A DNA stretch of 64,000 nucleotides, taken from NCBI GenBank assembly GCA_039033215.1, contig JBCCDA010000005.1, positions 3,670 through 67,669 on the forward strand. The letters are read 5' to 3'. The DNA is from Pseudomonadota bacterium. Lineage in GTDB: Bacteria; Pseudomonadota; Alphaproteobacteria; Rhodobacterales; Rhodobacteraceae. Shown here in pieces: positions 63,598-64,000 of the stretch. Each line of letters begins with the position of its first letter. Position 1 is the first letter of the stretch. The position numbers and the translations under genes are program-made. Below the pieces are notes generated by a model, which did not search any database, was not told where the DNA came from, and was given only the letters and a program-made list of their open reading frames with translations.

Positions 63598-64000
<403 letters not shown>

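Overview
High-GC alphaproteobacterial chromosome segment; gene content and order are Rhodobacterales-like. Core genes: a complete dcw cluster on the minus strand (mraZ to ftsZ, lpxC, bamD, recN), gatCA, lepA, rpmB, meaB, hrpB, a Glu/Leu/Phe/Val dehydrogenase, a sirtuin and the distal part of a glycerol-type ABC operon. The left end holds a P450 pair, ccdA/soxX-like/tusA genes and an xpaC-telA-4xDUF2927-SPFH envelope locus. The most notable signal is at 19.4-25.0 kb around lepA. Four small ORFs share a double-glycine-type leader ([ILV]xD[ET]xLD[ED]xxGG) but have unrelated, Cys-free cores, one carrying five IPGGDQF copies that differ only at synonymous positions. All three of their putative transcription units are preceded by the same palindrome (TGTA[GC]C-N4-G[CG]TACA), with a YAGnnT -10-like hexamer exactly 22 nt after the TAC. 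This suggests a co-regulated, apparently orphan family of exported peptides. A densely structured ~260-nt intergenic segment at 60.1-60.36 kb is a candidate ncRNA. All calls come from reading the sequence by eye; no database searches were run.
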